Shown here: positions 29,109 through 38,345 of the stretch, piece after piece
Position numbering within the stretch: the first letter of the stretch is position 1
Layout of the letters: the number at the start of each line of letters is the position of its first letter
From: Planctomycetota bacterium
GTDB lineage: Bacteria > Planctomycetota > PLA2 > JAEUHO01
Direction: 5' to 3'
Assembly (NCBI GenBank): GCA_965222115.1
Contig: CBDCTJ010000007.1
Span: 2,560,001-2,624,000, forward strand
DNA length: 64,000 nucleotides
The notes under the pieces: model-generated
What the model saw: the letters and a program-made list of their open reading frames with translations, nothing else
Told to the model about the DNA's origin: nothing
The model's database searches: none
Made by a program: the position numbers and the translations under genes

Positions 29109-31427
29109 TTAAGGCGCCTTCGGAGGGCTCGGCGCCTTCTTCGGGGGTGCGACGGGGGCGGGTGGGGGTGCCTTAGGCTTACTCGGCACAGCCTGAGACT
29201 TTGGTGGCGCCGATGTTTCTTCCGGCGCGTCCTTCTTCTTGGCTTCCTTTTCACCCGTACCGTTCGACTTGCCTTCAGCGTCCTCTTTCACGGTTTTTTC
29301 AGGAATTCGATCGTTCACCGCAGCGCTCATAATGTGGGTGGCCGGGACATTCCAAACGCCATACGCTGTCTTGACGGGGACGACCTGCGTGCGCAAGACA
29401 CCCGGCGACTTTTCGCCGGATGTAGATACCCAATTGATGGCGAGGCCCGCCGACTCACGGGCCTTCTTGTCGCGGGCAAATGTATGCACGATGGACACGG
29501 GAATATCTCTCGCGCGCTTCCCGTTGCTTATCTTTAGCGATTTTAACTCGATGGTTCCGGCTAACCGCGCGCCTCCAATCAACTCGATAAACTTCGTCTT
29601 GGCCTTGGGGGACTTCGATCCGTCCGCTTCGGTTGACTTGGCTTCCGTTGATTTCGTATCGGAGTCTGCTGTATTGGAATCATCGGCATTGGAATCATCC
29701 GTGGCGGAATCCTCGCCGTTGTCCGTCACGGTGCGATAGACGGCCGCAATGTCGCCAATCTTGAGTTTCGCCTTCGCGAATCGTTTGGGCGTGAACGGCG
29801 CGTCGCCTGCTGTGAGCGCTGCGGGAAAGCGCGAGCCGAGCCGATCGACAACCCAATACGACGGGTATGGTTCCAGCGAATGCCCCATGTGAACGATGTC
29901 TGCCGGACGGGCATCAAATTCGCCCCACGGAGCAATGCCTTTTATGTTCACGTCATTATTGGTCGCCGCGAGACATTTTGATCCGTCGAGCAGTCGAAGA
30001 AATACTTCGTCCTTCGCCAATCGCGCGCCGTCCGATTCCTTGTAGCGAAGTACGAGCAACTCCATCGAGTCCACGCGAACCGGAATCACGAGGCCTGAAC
30101 TGGTCTTGATGGTGAGAACACCTTGCGGCTTGATGTCGCCCGTAAAGATCTCGCCGTTGCGGAGTAATAGGCGGGTGGGGAATCCCTCGCCTCGTCCCCC
30201 AACGATTGCGGCGACGTCATCCGCTGGAACCGTAATGGAGCCCATCCGCGAACGGATGGCCATGGGGCTTGCGGTGACCTCTCCGCCGAGTTCCTGACCA
30301 TCATCCAAGATCAACGTGTCGGCATTGTCTACGCGTTCGAGGCCACGTGCCTTTAGGAGGCTATCCAGCTCGACCAACGCACCTTCGGCGATCGCCACCG
30401 TGCCAGAAAAGGACTTGCCCGCTTGCAAATTGTCGATGGGGCCAACCAGAGGCTGAAGTTTGAGGCTGGCTGTGGCTGCCACGTCGAGCGGTTTGAGGAG
30501 CGTCGTGGCGGCCTCGGCGCTGGGTTGTGCGTCGAGGTGTCGCTGAGCAATCGTGATGCACACCGACCGCGACTTGCCGGGTGGAAGCTTTAGGTTGTAG
30601 AGAAAGTTGTAGTAGCGGTGGGATCCTTCCACCGAGAGATTGGGTCGATTGCCCGCTCCAAGGGCACAAAGATGAAACACAACAGACGGTCGACTTTGCC
30701 GGTTGCGGTAGGCGACAATCCCCGTTTCGTCCTTTCCAAGGGGGCCGCTCATGGCCACCCGTCCCGTGTTGCTTACCGTGTTTTGTGCCGAAGAGCCAAG
30801 GGTTGAGCGGTAGGCAATCGACAGGTCGTGTCGTGCTCGAGACGTATTCGTGAACGTGTCGATGTATCGCAGCAAGGCGTTCTTCTTATCAAAGAGCATG
30901 CGCCGGCGAATCTCGACGGGTGCCGCGGTGCTTGTACCGGTCACGACCATCTCGCCACCGGGCTTGGTCTTCTTCACCTCGCCGGACGTGGACCAGTTTT
31001 TTCCGTTTACGGAGAGCGACATGGCGGTGTCGAAGCAGTCACTGGTCCCATCGCCGATCTCACCTTTGTTGTTGGGATCCCAGTTCATCTTCAAACTGTC
31101 TTTGCCGCTGAACTCTTTGATGCCGGAGCTCACCAATGTCTCGACGAGCTTCTTCTTTGCAGCGCCCTTCTTCTTCGCGGCGACCTTTGCTGATTTGGCT
31201 TTGGGGGCGGGCGCGCCTCCGCGTGGCGCTCCCCAGGCAGGGGACAGCGGCCATGCGACACACACTACCCCTAACGCCATGGCCAAGCTGTGAGCCATGA
31301 CCCTGAGCCCCATGACCCTGAGCCGTGGATGTATGCGCGGACGTATGCAGTTTTGCAGTGGGTGCGTCTTGGGGTGGCCCGAGGGTTCGCGCATGGATGG
31401 TGCGCATCGGGAGAGAGGCAGATGCAT
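29109..31427 (-). CDS. Secreted hypothetical protein, probable paralog of the downstream gene
   Basis: Signal-like ALGVVCVAWPLSPAWG; shared motifs with the downstream gene (RRMLFD..LLRYIDTFTNTS vs RRLKVH..ARLVDRVTNTS; VPADDVAAIVG vs VPMKDVAAIVG); P/K-rich tail. GGAGG upstream of ATG 31427; true start may be further in. Confidence 0.72.
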   Translation of the reverse strand: MHLPLSRCAPSMREPSGHPKTHPLQNCIRPRIHPRLRVMGLRVMAHSLAMALGVVCVAWPLSPAWGAPRGGAPAPKAKSAKVAAKKKGAAKKKLVETLVSSGIKEFSGKDSLKMNWDPNNKGEIGDGTSDCFDTAMSLSVNGKNWSTSGEVKKTKPGGEMVVTGTSTAAPVEIRRRMLFDKKNALLRYIDTFTNTSRARHDLSIAYRSTLGSSAQNTVSNTGRVAMSGPLGKDETGIVAYRNRQSRPSVVFHLCALGAGNRPNLSVEGSHRYYNFLYNLKLPPGKSRSVCITIAQRHLDAQPSAEAATTLLKPLDVAATASLKLQPLVGPIDNLQAGKSFSGTVAIAEGALVELDSLLKARGLERVDNADTLILDDGQELGGEVTASPMAIRSRMGSITVPADDVAAIVGGRGEGFPTRLLLRNGEIFTGDIKPQGVLTIKTSSGLVIPVRVDSMELLVLRYKESDGARLAKDEVFLRLLDGSKCLAATNNDVNIKGIAPWGEFDARPADIVHMGHSLEPYPSYWVVDRLGSRFPAALTAGDAPFTPKRFAKAKLKIGDIAAVYRTVTDNGEDSATDDSNADDSNTADSDTKSTEAKSTEADGSKSPKAKTKFIELIGGARLAGTIELKSLKISNGKRARDIPVSIVHTFARDKKARESAGLAINWVSTSGEKSPGVLRTQVVPVKTAYGVWNVPATHIMSAAVNDRIPEKTVKEDAEGKSNGTGEKEAKKKDAPEETSAPPKSQAVPSKPKAPPPAPVAPPKKAPSPPKAP

Positions 31428-31745
31428 TGAGCGCGATCCTCCAAGCCTAGAAGACTACCGATATCGCGAGTGTTGATATCGCGCGAGGTTTCCATCTCGC
31501 AAAGTCCTCGCTAGATCGTACGGGAAAGCACGGGGCCGGTTCACCTCGAAACCGTCGTAAGTAGGCAAAAAATAGCGCTTTCGGCGCGTTGCGCCCGCAC
31601 CCCGTGTCACGAAACGAACGAACAGGATGAAAACTGGACATAGGCGTTGGACGCCCGGCATCTCGGCGACTTGCTACGACCGTCTCGGATACGATTCGCG
31701 CCCGACGTTCTGTAGCGCCACCGCAACTCAGAAGGACAACGTTCC

Positions 31746-32654
31746 ATGCCGCAGTCTCATAGTAACGCCGCCTCATCTCGCTGGCATCCACCGGTGGAAC
31801 ATAGGTATTTGGTCCCCATGGACGGGACATTCGAACAGGCCACGGCGCCGACCTCGCCACCGAAGGGCGACGACGATCGCAAGCGCAACAAGAAGCGGCT
31901 GCGAAAGCGTGTTGAGCAATTGGGCGAACTGCAGGAACTGCTCTATGCGCATGATCGATACTCGGTATTGCTCGTGTTTCAGGCGATGGACGCGGCGGGC
32001 AAGGATGGAACCATTCGTGCGGTGCTGAGCGGTGTAAATCCGGCCGGTTGCCAAGTGTTTTCGTTCAAACAGCCATCCAAGCGGGAATTGGATCACGATT
32101 TCCTATGGCGCACGACGCGGTCTTTGCCTGAGCGAGGGCGCATTGGCGTATTCAATCGCAGTTATTACGAAGAGACACTGGTGGTCCGCGTGCATCCGGA
32201 ATTCCTTGAGGGGCAGCAGTTGCCTCCGCGCTACAACGTCGATGAGTTGTGGAATCAGCGATTTCAATCCATCCGAGACCACGAGCAGCACCTGGCGCGT
32301 AGTGGGACGGTCATCTTGAAATTTTGGCTAAACGTTTCCAAAGACGAGCAGCGCAATCGATTTCTTTCGCGTCTGGATGAACCCGAGAAGAATTGGAAGT
32401 TTTCTGCGGGCGACGTGCGCGAGAGGGGGCATTGGGATGCGTACATGCATGCCTACGAACAGGTCATGCGGGAGACGTCGCGGCCGTGGGCGCCGTGGTA
32501 CGCGATTCCCGCCGACGACAAGCCCTACATGCGCCAAACCGTCGCCTCGATTGTGGTGCAGACGCTGAAGGGGCTCGATATGTACTATCCCGAGGTGGCC
32601 GAGGGCGATCGGGCACGATTTGGTGAGCTGCGACATCAACTCGAGGCCGAATAG
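31746..32654 (+). CDS. ppk2: Polyphosphate kinase 2 family protein (class III-like)
   Basis: FQAMDAAGKDG, FKQPS..ELDHDFLWR, IGVFNRSYYE, KNWKFS..D..ER..W, PWYAIPADDK; AAGGA RBS. Confidence 0.93.
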   Translation: MPQSHSNAASSRWHPPVEHRYLVPMDGTFEQATAPTSPPKGDDDRKRNKKRLRKRVEQLGELQELLYAHDRYSVLLVFQAMDAAGKDGTIRAVLSGVNPAGCQVFSFKQPSKRELDHDFLWRTTRSLPERGRIGVFNRSYYEETLVVRVHPEFLEGQQLPPRYNVDELWNQRFQSIRDHEQHLARSGTVILKFWLNVSKDEQRNRFLSRLDEPEKNWKFSAGDVRERGHWDAYMHAYEQVMRETSRPWAPWYAIPADDKPYMRQTVASIVVQTLKGLDMYYPEVAEGDRARFGELRHQLEAE

Positions 32655-32716
32655 CGACGAAATAGCCCGGGTGAGAGCCTCGGGGTTGTCACCCGCCTCG
32701 TGTCCACTGGAACGCC

Positions 32717-33835
32717 GTGAACTCACGCCCCGTCAATGCCGTTCTTGATCTCACTGCCTCGTCGCGAGCAGCGGGGGCGGGCGTTGGGCGCTACGGCGTT
32801 TCATTGGCATGCGCCTTGGCGGCATTGCGCGACGATGTGAATCTCTCGTTATCGATTCGTTATGGCCCCCGCGGACGGCGCAAGTCGCTTCGCGCGCAGA
32901 TGGCATCTACGGGGTGGCCTGGAACCGAACTGCCGTCGATTGCCCGATGGGGCTGGTGGACGTCGCCGCCGAAGGGTGACGTATTCCACGCCGTGGGCAC
33001 GCGGATTCCGCGCCGCAAGCCGGGCAAGCGCATCGCTACAATTCACGACCTCAGCGCGTTGGACCTACCCGAATTTCTGGGTCCTCGCGAAACCGAACAA
33101 CAGATTCGACGATTGGCGCGCGCCACGGCAAAGGCCGATGCCATCATTGTGCCGTCAACGTTTACACGCGACCGCCTGCGGGCCCACTTCGGTAGCGTTC
33201 CCGCGGAGCGCGTTCATGTGATTCCGCACGGCAATTCCTTGGTGACATCCGATGACGAAGCGGTGCGCGCGTTTCGTACGCGCCATGGACTGCGACAGCA
33301 GTATGTCCTCCACGTCGGGCTCCACTTGCGACGCAAGAATCTCTCGTTTCTCTTTCAGGCCTTCGCGGCGGCCAAACACATGCGCGACTTCGACCTTGTG
33401 TTGGTGGGAGCCACCACGGCACACACGCGCGACTTGCTTGAACTCGCCGATCGATTGCGGATCTCCGAACGGGTGCGCATCTTGGGTCGCCTAAGCGACA
33501 CGGCGCTGGCCGCCGCGTATCGCGGTGCGGCGATCTGTGTCAATCCGTCGCTCTACGAAGGATTTGGACTCTCGCTGCTCGAAGGATTGGCGTCGGGTAC
33601 ACCGTGTGTCGCATCGGCCGAAGGAGCCCACGCCGATGTCCACGGGGGTACGGCAATCATTCCCGACGGGTTTAGCGTCTCGCGATGGGCATCGGCACTC
33701 GATGAATTGGCCACCGATTTGGATGCTTGGGAGCCCAAACGAGAAGCAGCGCAAGCGCACGCAGCCACATTCACTTGGGCCGCCACGGCAAAAGTCACGA
33801 CGGCGCTCTATCGACAGCTTGCGGGGCTCGACTAA
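32717..33835 (+). CDS. Glycosyltransferase family 4 (GT-B)
   Basis: GVGRY, TIHDL, IIVPS.FT, RKN, PSLYEGFGLSLLE, FTW..TA. Confidence 0.9.
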   Translation: MNSRPVNAVLDLTASSRAAGAGVGRYGVSLACALAALRDDVNLSLSIRYGPRGRRKSLRAQMASTGWPGTELPSIARWGWWTSPPKGDVFHAVGTRIPRRKPGKRIATIHDLSALDLPEFLGPRETEQQIRRLARATAKADAIIVPSTFTRDRLRAHFGSVPAERVHVIPHGNSLVTSDDEAVRAFRTRHGLRQQYVLHVGLHLRRKNLSFLFQAFAAAKHMRDFDLVLVGATTAHTRDLLELADRLRISERVRILGRLSDTALAAAYRGAAICVNPSLYEGFGLSLLEGLASGTPCVASAEGAHADVHGGTAIIPDGFSVSRWASALDELATDLDAWEPKREAAQAHAATFTWAATAKVTTALYRQLAGLD

Positions 33836-33925
33836 ACACTCGAATCTCATGCGATCCGCTCGCGCGATCAAAGGGATCCAACCCGCTCTCTCCGTACACT
33901 GCCGTCACTCAGCGGAGAGTTCTCG

Positions 33926-36406
33926 ATGGCGAAGAAAAAGGCGTCCGGCGCGACTCCGGCCTATGAAAAGGCCTCGACGTTTTACTTGGGCAAGGGCATC
34001 GATCCGGGAGCGGATGCACCCCGCGACGATCTCTTGCTCTATGACGCCAAGGACCTGACGACGCACGGGATGTGTGTGGGCATGACGGGTTCTGGTAAGA
34101 CGGGTCTTTGCCTCTCCTTGCTGGAAGAGGCAGCGATTGACGGCATCCCCGCGATTGCCATTGATCCGAAGGGCGATCTGGGCAATCTCATGCTCACATT
34201 CCCCAAGCTCTCGCCGAGTGATTTTGAGCCGTGGGTGGATGAAGGTGAAGCGCTGCGCAAGGGCATGGATAAACAGGCTTACGCCAAGCGCATGGCCGAC
34301 CTATGGAAGAATGGATTGGCCGATTGGGGCCAAGACGGCGCTCGCATTCAGCGCTTTCGCGATGCGGTTGATTTGAGCATCTACACCCCGGGGAGTTCGG
34401 CGGGACGGCAACTGACGGTCTTGCGTTCGTTCAGTGCGCCCGCGGAAGCCGTGCGAGGTGACAACGAGGCGATGCGCGAACGTGTTAGCTCGTCGGTTTC
34501 CAGTTTGCTTTGTTTGCTGGGCGTGGATGCCGATCCGATTCAGAGTCGTGAACACATTTTGTTGTCAACCATCTTGCATAACGCCTGGACGGAGGGGACG
34601 GATCTAAGCCTTGCCGCCGTGATTCAAAAGATCCAGAAGCCGGGTGTGGACCGCATTGGCGTGTTTGATCTCGAGTCGTTCTTTCCCGAGAAAGATCGAT
34701 TCGCGCTGGCCATGACCATCAACAACCTGTTGGCGGCGCCAGCATTTGGTGCCTGGCTTGAAGGTGAACCCCTCGACATTCAGCGGTTGCTCTGGACGGA
34801 CGAAGGCAAGCCGCGGCTATCGATCATTTCCATCGCCCATCTCAACGAGTCGGAGCGCATGTTCTTTGTGACCTTGCTGCTTAGTGAAGTCGTGGCGTGG
34901 ATGCGCGGGCAGTCGGGCAGCACCAGTTTGCGTGCGATCGTATATATGGATGAAGTGTTTGGCTTCTTGCCTCCCACGGCGAACCCGCCCTCCAAACTGC
35001 CCATGTTGACAATGCTCAAGCAGGCGCGTGCCTACGGCGTGGGCATGATGCTCGCTACGCAAAACCCCGTGGATCTTGACTACAAGGCGCTCAGCAATAT
35101 GGGCACGTGGTTTCTCGGTCGCCTCCAGACGGAGCGCGACAAAATGCGCATTTTGGATGGTCTTGAGGGCGCGTCCCGTGCAAGCGGTGCATTCAACCGC
35201 GCGGAAGTCGAGGCCACCTTGTCGGGCCTCAAGAGTCGTGTGTTTCTCATGAACAACGTACACGACGATGGGCCGATGCTCTTTCACACGCGCTGGGCGC
35301 TTTCCTACCTTCGTGGCCCGCTTACACGCCAACAGATTAAAGTGCTTTCCGGGCAAAGTCCAGCGCCCGCCAAGCCGGTCGCAAAGCCCGCAACGAAGGC
35401 CGCCAAAGCGGCAACCAAGAGAGAAGTCGCCAAGGCTGATGGGGCGGTTCCTGTTTTGCCGCCTGGCATTGAAGCGCGTTACGTCGTACGTGAAAAGGCC
35501 ATGCGCGACGGTCAATCCTTGCTCTATCGTCCTGCATTGATGGCGCAGGGTCGGCTGCACTTTGTGAATGCGCGGCGCGATATCGATCAATGGGATGAAG
35601 AGGCACTCTTCGTTGCGTTGGAGGGCAAGGCCACGCGCCCCGACCTATGGGCCGATGCCACACCGCTCGGTACGTCGCTCTTGGAGGTCGAGGACGAACC
35701 CGAGGAGGGCGCGCGATTTGGCGAGTTGCCCGGCGCCGCCACCAAGAAGACCAGCTATACGTCGTGGAAGAAGAGACTGAAAGATCACTTCTATCGTGAG
35801 CGTACATTGATGCTCTTTCGTTGTCCCGCGCTCAAGCTTTATTCCGAAGCTGGCGAGAGTGAAGGCGACTTCCGCGCGCGCATGCAACTTGCCATTCGTG
35901 AGAAGCGCGACGAGGCGATTGAGAAACTCAAGAACAAGTATCGACCGAAACTCGAGCGTCTCGACGAGCGTATTCGCAAGAGCGAGCAAAAGGTCGACAA
36001 GGAACAAGAGCAGTACGAGGCGGCGAAGTCGTCATCCGTCATGTCCTGGGGCAAAACGATTTTGGGCGCCGTGCTCGGTCGAAAACTCGGAAGCATAGGC
36101 AATGTGTCTCGCGCGGGTACGGCCATGAGCCGCTCGGCAAAGATCGCCAAAGAAAAGGAAGATGTTCGTCGCGCGTCGGAGGACCTGGACACCGCAGTCG
36201 AAAACCTGGAGGAGATGGAGAAGGCCTTTGAAGCCGATCTTGATGAACTCAAAGCCAAGTATGCCGATGACGCCTTAGAAATCGAAGACAAGCCGATTCG
36301 TCCCCGTAAATCCGACATTGATGTGACTACGTGTGACCTCGTGTGGTTGCCATGGATCGTGGATGGTGATGGCGTGGCCACGCCCGGATTTGAGATCGAG
36401 AGCTAG
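33926..36406 (+). CDS. HerA/FtsK-like P-loop ATPase (DUF87/DUF853-like) with C-terminal coiled coil
   Basis: LTTHGMCVGMTGSGKTG, IDPKGD, VYMDEVFG, KQARAYGVG..LATQNPVDLDYK. Confidence 0.87.
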   Translation: MAKKKASGATPAYEKASTFYLGKGIDPGADAPRDDLLLYDAKDLTTHGMCVGMTGSGKTGLCLSLLEEAAIDGIPAIAIDPKGDLGNLMLTFPKLSPSDFEPWVDEGEALRKGMDKQAYAKRMADLWKNGLADWGQDGARIQRFRDAVDLSIYTPGSSAGRQLTVLRSFSAPAEAVRGDNEAMRERVSSSVSSLLCLLGVDADPIQSREHILLSTILHNAWTEGTDLSLAAVIQKIQKPGVDRIGVFDLESFFPEKDRFALAMTINNLLAAPAFGAWLEGEPLDIQRLLWTDEGKPRLSIISIAHLNESERMFFVTLLLSEVVAWMRGQSGSTSLRAIVYMDEVFGFLPPTANPPSKLPMLTMLKQARAYGVGMMLATQNPVDLDYKALSNMGTWFLGRLQTERDKMRILDGLEGASRASGAFNRAEVEATLSGLKSRVFLMNNVHDDGPMLFHTRWALSYLRGPLTRQQIKVLSGQSPAPAKPVAKPATKAAKAATKREVAKADGAVPVLPPGIEARYVVREKAMRDGQSLLYRPALMAQGRLHFVNARRDIDQWDEEALFVALEGKATRPDLWADATPLGTSLLEVEDEPEEGARFGELPGAATKKTSYTSWKKRLKDHFYRERTLMLFRCPALKLYSEAGESEGDFRARMQLAIREKRDEAIEKLKNKYRPKLERLDERIRKSEQKVDKEQEQYEAAKSSSVMSWGKTILGAVLGRKLGSIGNVSRAGTAMSRSAKIAKEKEDVRRASEDLDTAVENLEEMEKAFEADLDELKAKYADDALEIEDKPIRPRKSDIDVTTCDLVWLPWIVDGDGVATPGFEIES

Positions 36407-36411
36407 CATTG

Positions 36412-37563
36412 ATGGCCGATGCACCCGACCCAAATGCGCAAGAGACGGTTCCATCTGGCCCCACGTGGGTTGTACCGGCTTTGCTTTGGTTGGTGTTGCT
36501 TGCTGGGGTTGCCGTGTTCGCGTTCGCGCATCCTCGCGCCGAGCAGCACGTTGGGCAACGGGTCATTCATCAAGTTGAGGCGGGCGGGCGCGATGTGCTT
36601 ACAGGTCGCCTTGCGGGCACTGACGGTACGCCCGTTATGCCCAAGATGGGTCCAGGATCTGCAGATCGTCCCTTGAAGCTGGCGTTTATTCCGCCCAGCG
36701 ATGCGGGCAAGGCGGGCGGCGCGATCGACAAAATGATGGCGTGGCTACGCCTGCGCACGGGCTACAACATCGAAGGTGCAATCCTCAAGAACTACGGGTT
36801 GGTGATTGAACAGATCGTTGTTGGCGAGTGTGACATTGCATTCTTGACCGCGACGAGCTACGCCCGTGCGCGCTACGCTACAGAGAATAACGACAGCGCT
36901 GAAGATGACATTGAAGCGTTCCTATCCGCCGTGCGGCAGGGCAATCCAAAGTATCCAGGCAGTGATCTTGCCTACCGGGCGGCCATCATTGTTCATAAGG
37001 ACTCGCCGCTAGAGAACGTCGCCGATCTGACGGACGAGCACAAGGTAGCCGTGGGGCCGCCGACCTCAGGTGCCAGCTATTTACTTCCTACAGCGCTGTT
37101 CAATGAGCTCGGCAAGTCGCCACGCTATGTGCCGTCCGGTGGCTACATGGTGATCATTACGTCCGTATTGCAGCAGTCGGTGGATGCCGGATGCATTTGG
37201 TGGTCGCCACCCAATCCCGATAATCCCATCAACGATGCGCGCATTACTGTCAAGAAAGCATCGCCGAACGTATTCGACGACACGCGAATCATTGGTTACT
37301 CGCGATGGATTCCCAATGAACCCGTGGTCATTCGCAAAGTCATTTCGCCTGAGATTCGACAGGCCATGGCGCGCGCACTCGCGCTGTACGTAAACACAAA
37401 GGGGCGCACGGAAGAAGGGCGACGCGAACTCGAGTTGGTTGGGAACATCGTCGGCTACATTCCCGCCACCAACAAGGACTACGACGTTCTAATGGAGACC
37501 ATTGAACGATCCTTTGCAAATGACCCCGAGGGCCGACGCGACTTCATGCGAGGTCGCAAGTGA
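36412..37563 (+). CDS. phnD: Phosphate/phosphite/phosphonate ABC transporter substrate-binding protein, N-terminally anchored
   Basis: PLKLAFIP, DIAFL..SY, YRAAIIV, PTSGASYLLP, IPNEP; directly upstream of phnC/phnE. Confidence 0.8.
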   Translation: MADAPDPNAQETVPSGPTWVVPALLWLVLLAGVAVFAFAHPRAEQHVGQRVIHQVEAGGRDVLTGRLAGTDGTPVMPKMGPGSADRPLKLAFIPPSDAGKAGGAIDKMMAWLRLRTGYNIEGAILKNYGLVIEQIVVGECDIAFLTATSYARARYATENNDSAEDDIEAFLSAVRQGNPKYPGSDLAYRAAIIVHKDSPLENVADLTDEHKVAVGPPTSGASYLLPTALFNELGKSPRYVPSGGYMVIITSVLQQSVDAGCIWWSPPNPDNPINDARITVKKASPNVFDDTRIIGYSRWIPNEPVVIRKVISPEIRQAMARALALYVNTKGRTEEGRRELELVGNIVGYIPATNKDYDVLMETIERSFANDPEGRRDFMRGRK

Positions 37564-38345
37564 ACGTGTCGAGGCCCATAGAACCCCTGCTCTCGATTTC
37601 AGACTTGAGACTGGTCTATCCCAATGGCTACGAGGCGCTGCGGGGTATCGACGTAGACATTGGCGCTGGTGAGTTTGTAGTCATTGTGGGGTTGTCGGGT
37701 GCCGGGAAGTCCACGTTTATTCGATGCCTCAATCGCCTCGTGCAGCCCACTGCGGGAACGATCCTCTTTGAGGGCGAAGACATTACGCACGTGGAGGGCG
37801 CCGAACTTCGGAGAGTTCGACAACGCCTTGCCATGATCTTTCAACGCTTCAATCTCATCAAGCGCACGTCGGTTCTGACAAACGTGCTCACCGGCTCGCT
37901 CAATCGACAGGGGACACTGGCCAGCTTATTCGGCATGTGGCCACGGGAAGATCGCGAGCGTGCTCAGCGATGCATGAAGCTCGTCGGTTTGGAGGGCTAC
38001 GAACGGCGCCGAGCCGATGCCCTCTCGGGCGGTCAGCAACAGCGTGTAGCGATTGCGCGCGCGCTCATGCAAGATCCGAAAGTGATCCTGGCCGATGAAC
38101 CGGTGGCGTCCTTGGATCCGGCAACGTCGCATAGCGTCATGCGGCATCTCAAAGCCTTGCAGGAGGAGCAGAGACTCACCATCATTGCGAATCTCCATTT
38201 CTTAAGTTTGGCGCGCGAATACGGAACGCGCGTTCTGGCACTTAAGGCCGGCGAACTGGTGTTTGATGGTCTTCCAAAGGACATTGACGAAGACCGTTTT
38301 CACAAGATCTACGGCGAGGACACCGCCGATGTGGAGCTTCACTAG
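37560..38345 (+). CDS. phnC: Phosphonate-type ABC transporter ATP-binding protein
   Basis: GLSGAGKST.IRCLNRL, MIFQRFNL, LSGGQQQRVAIARAL, LADEPVASLDP, NLH; GTGA overlap with phnD. Confidence 0.92.
   Translation: MNVSRPIEPLLSISDLRLVYPNGYEALRGIDVDIGAGEFVVIVGLSGAGKSTFIRCLNRLVQPTAGTILFEGEDITHVEGAELRRVRQRLAMIFQRFNLIKRTSVLTNVLTGSLNRQGTLASLFGMWPREDRERAQRCMKLVGLEGYERRRADALSGGQQQRVAIARALMQDPKVILADEPVASLDPATSHSVMRHLKALQEEQRLTIIANLHFLSLAREYGTRVLALKAGELVFDGLPKDIDEDRFHKIYGEDTADVELH

Noticed and set aside
31455-31570. GATATCGCG direct repeats and hairpins in the divergent promoter region as a riboswitch
   Set aside because: No recognisable riboswitch consensus; it could be an operator but the evidence is too weak to call.
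33926-36406. HerA-based anti-phage system
   Set aside because: No Sir2, NurA or nuclease partner adjacent; neighbours are metabolic and transport genes.
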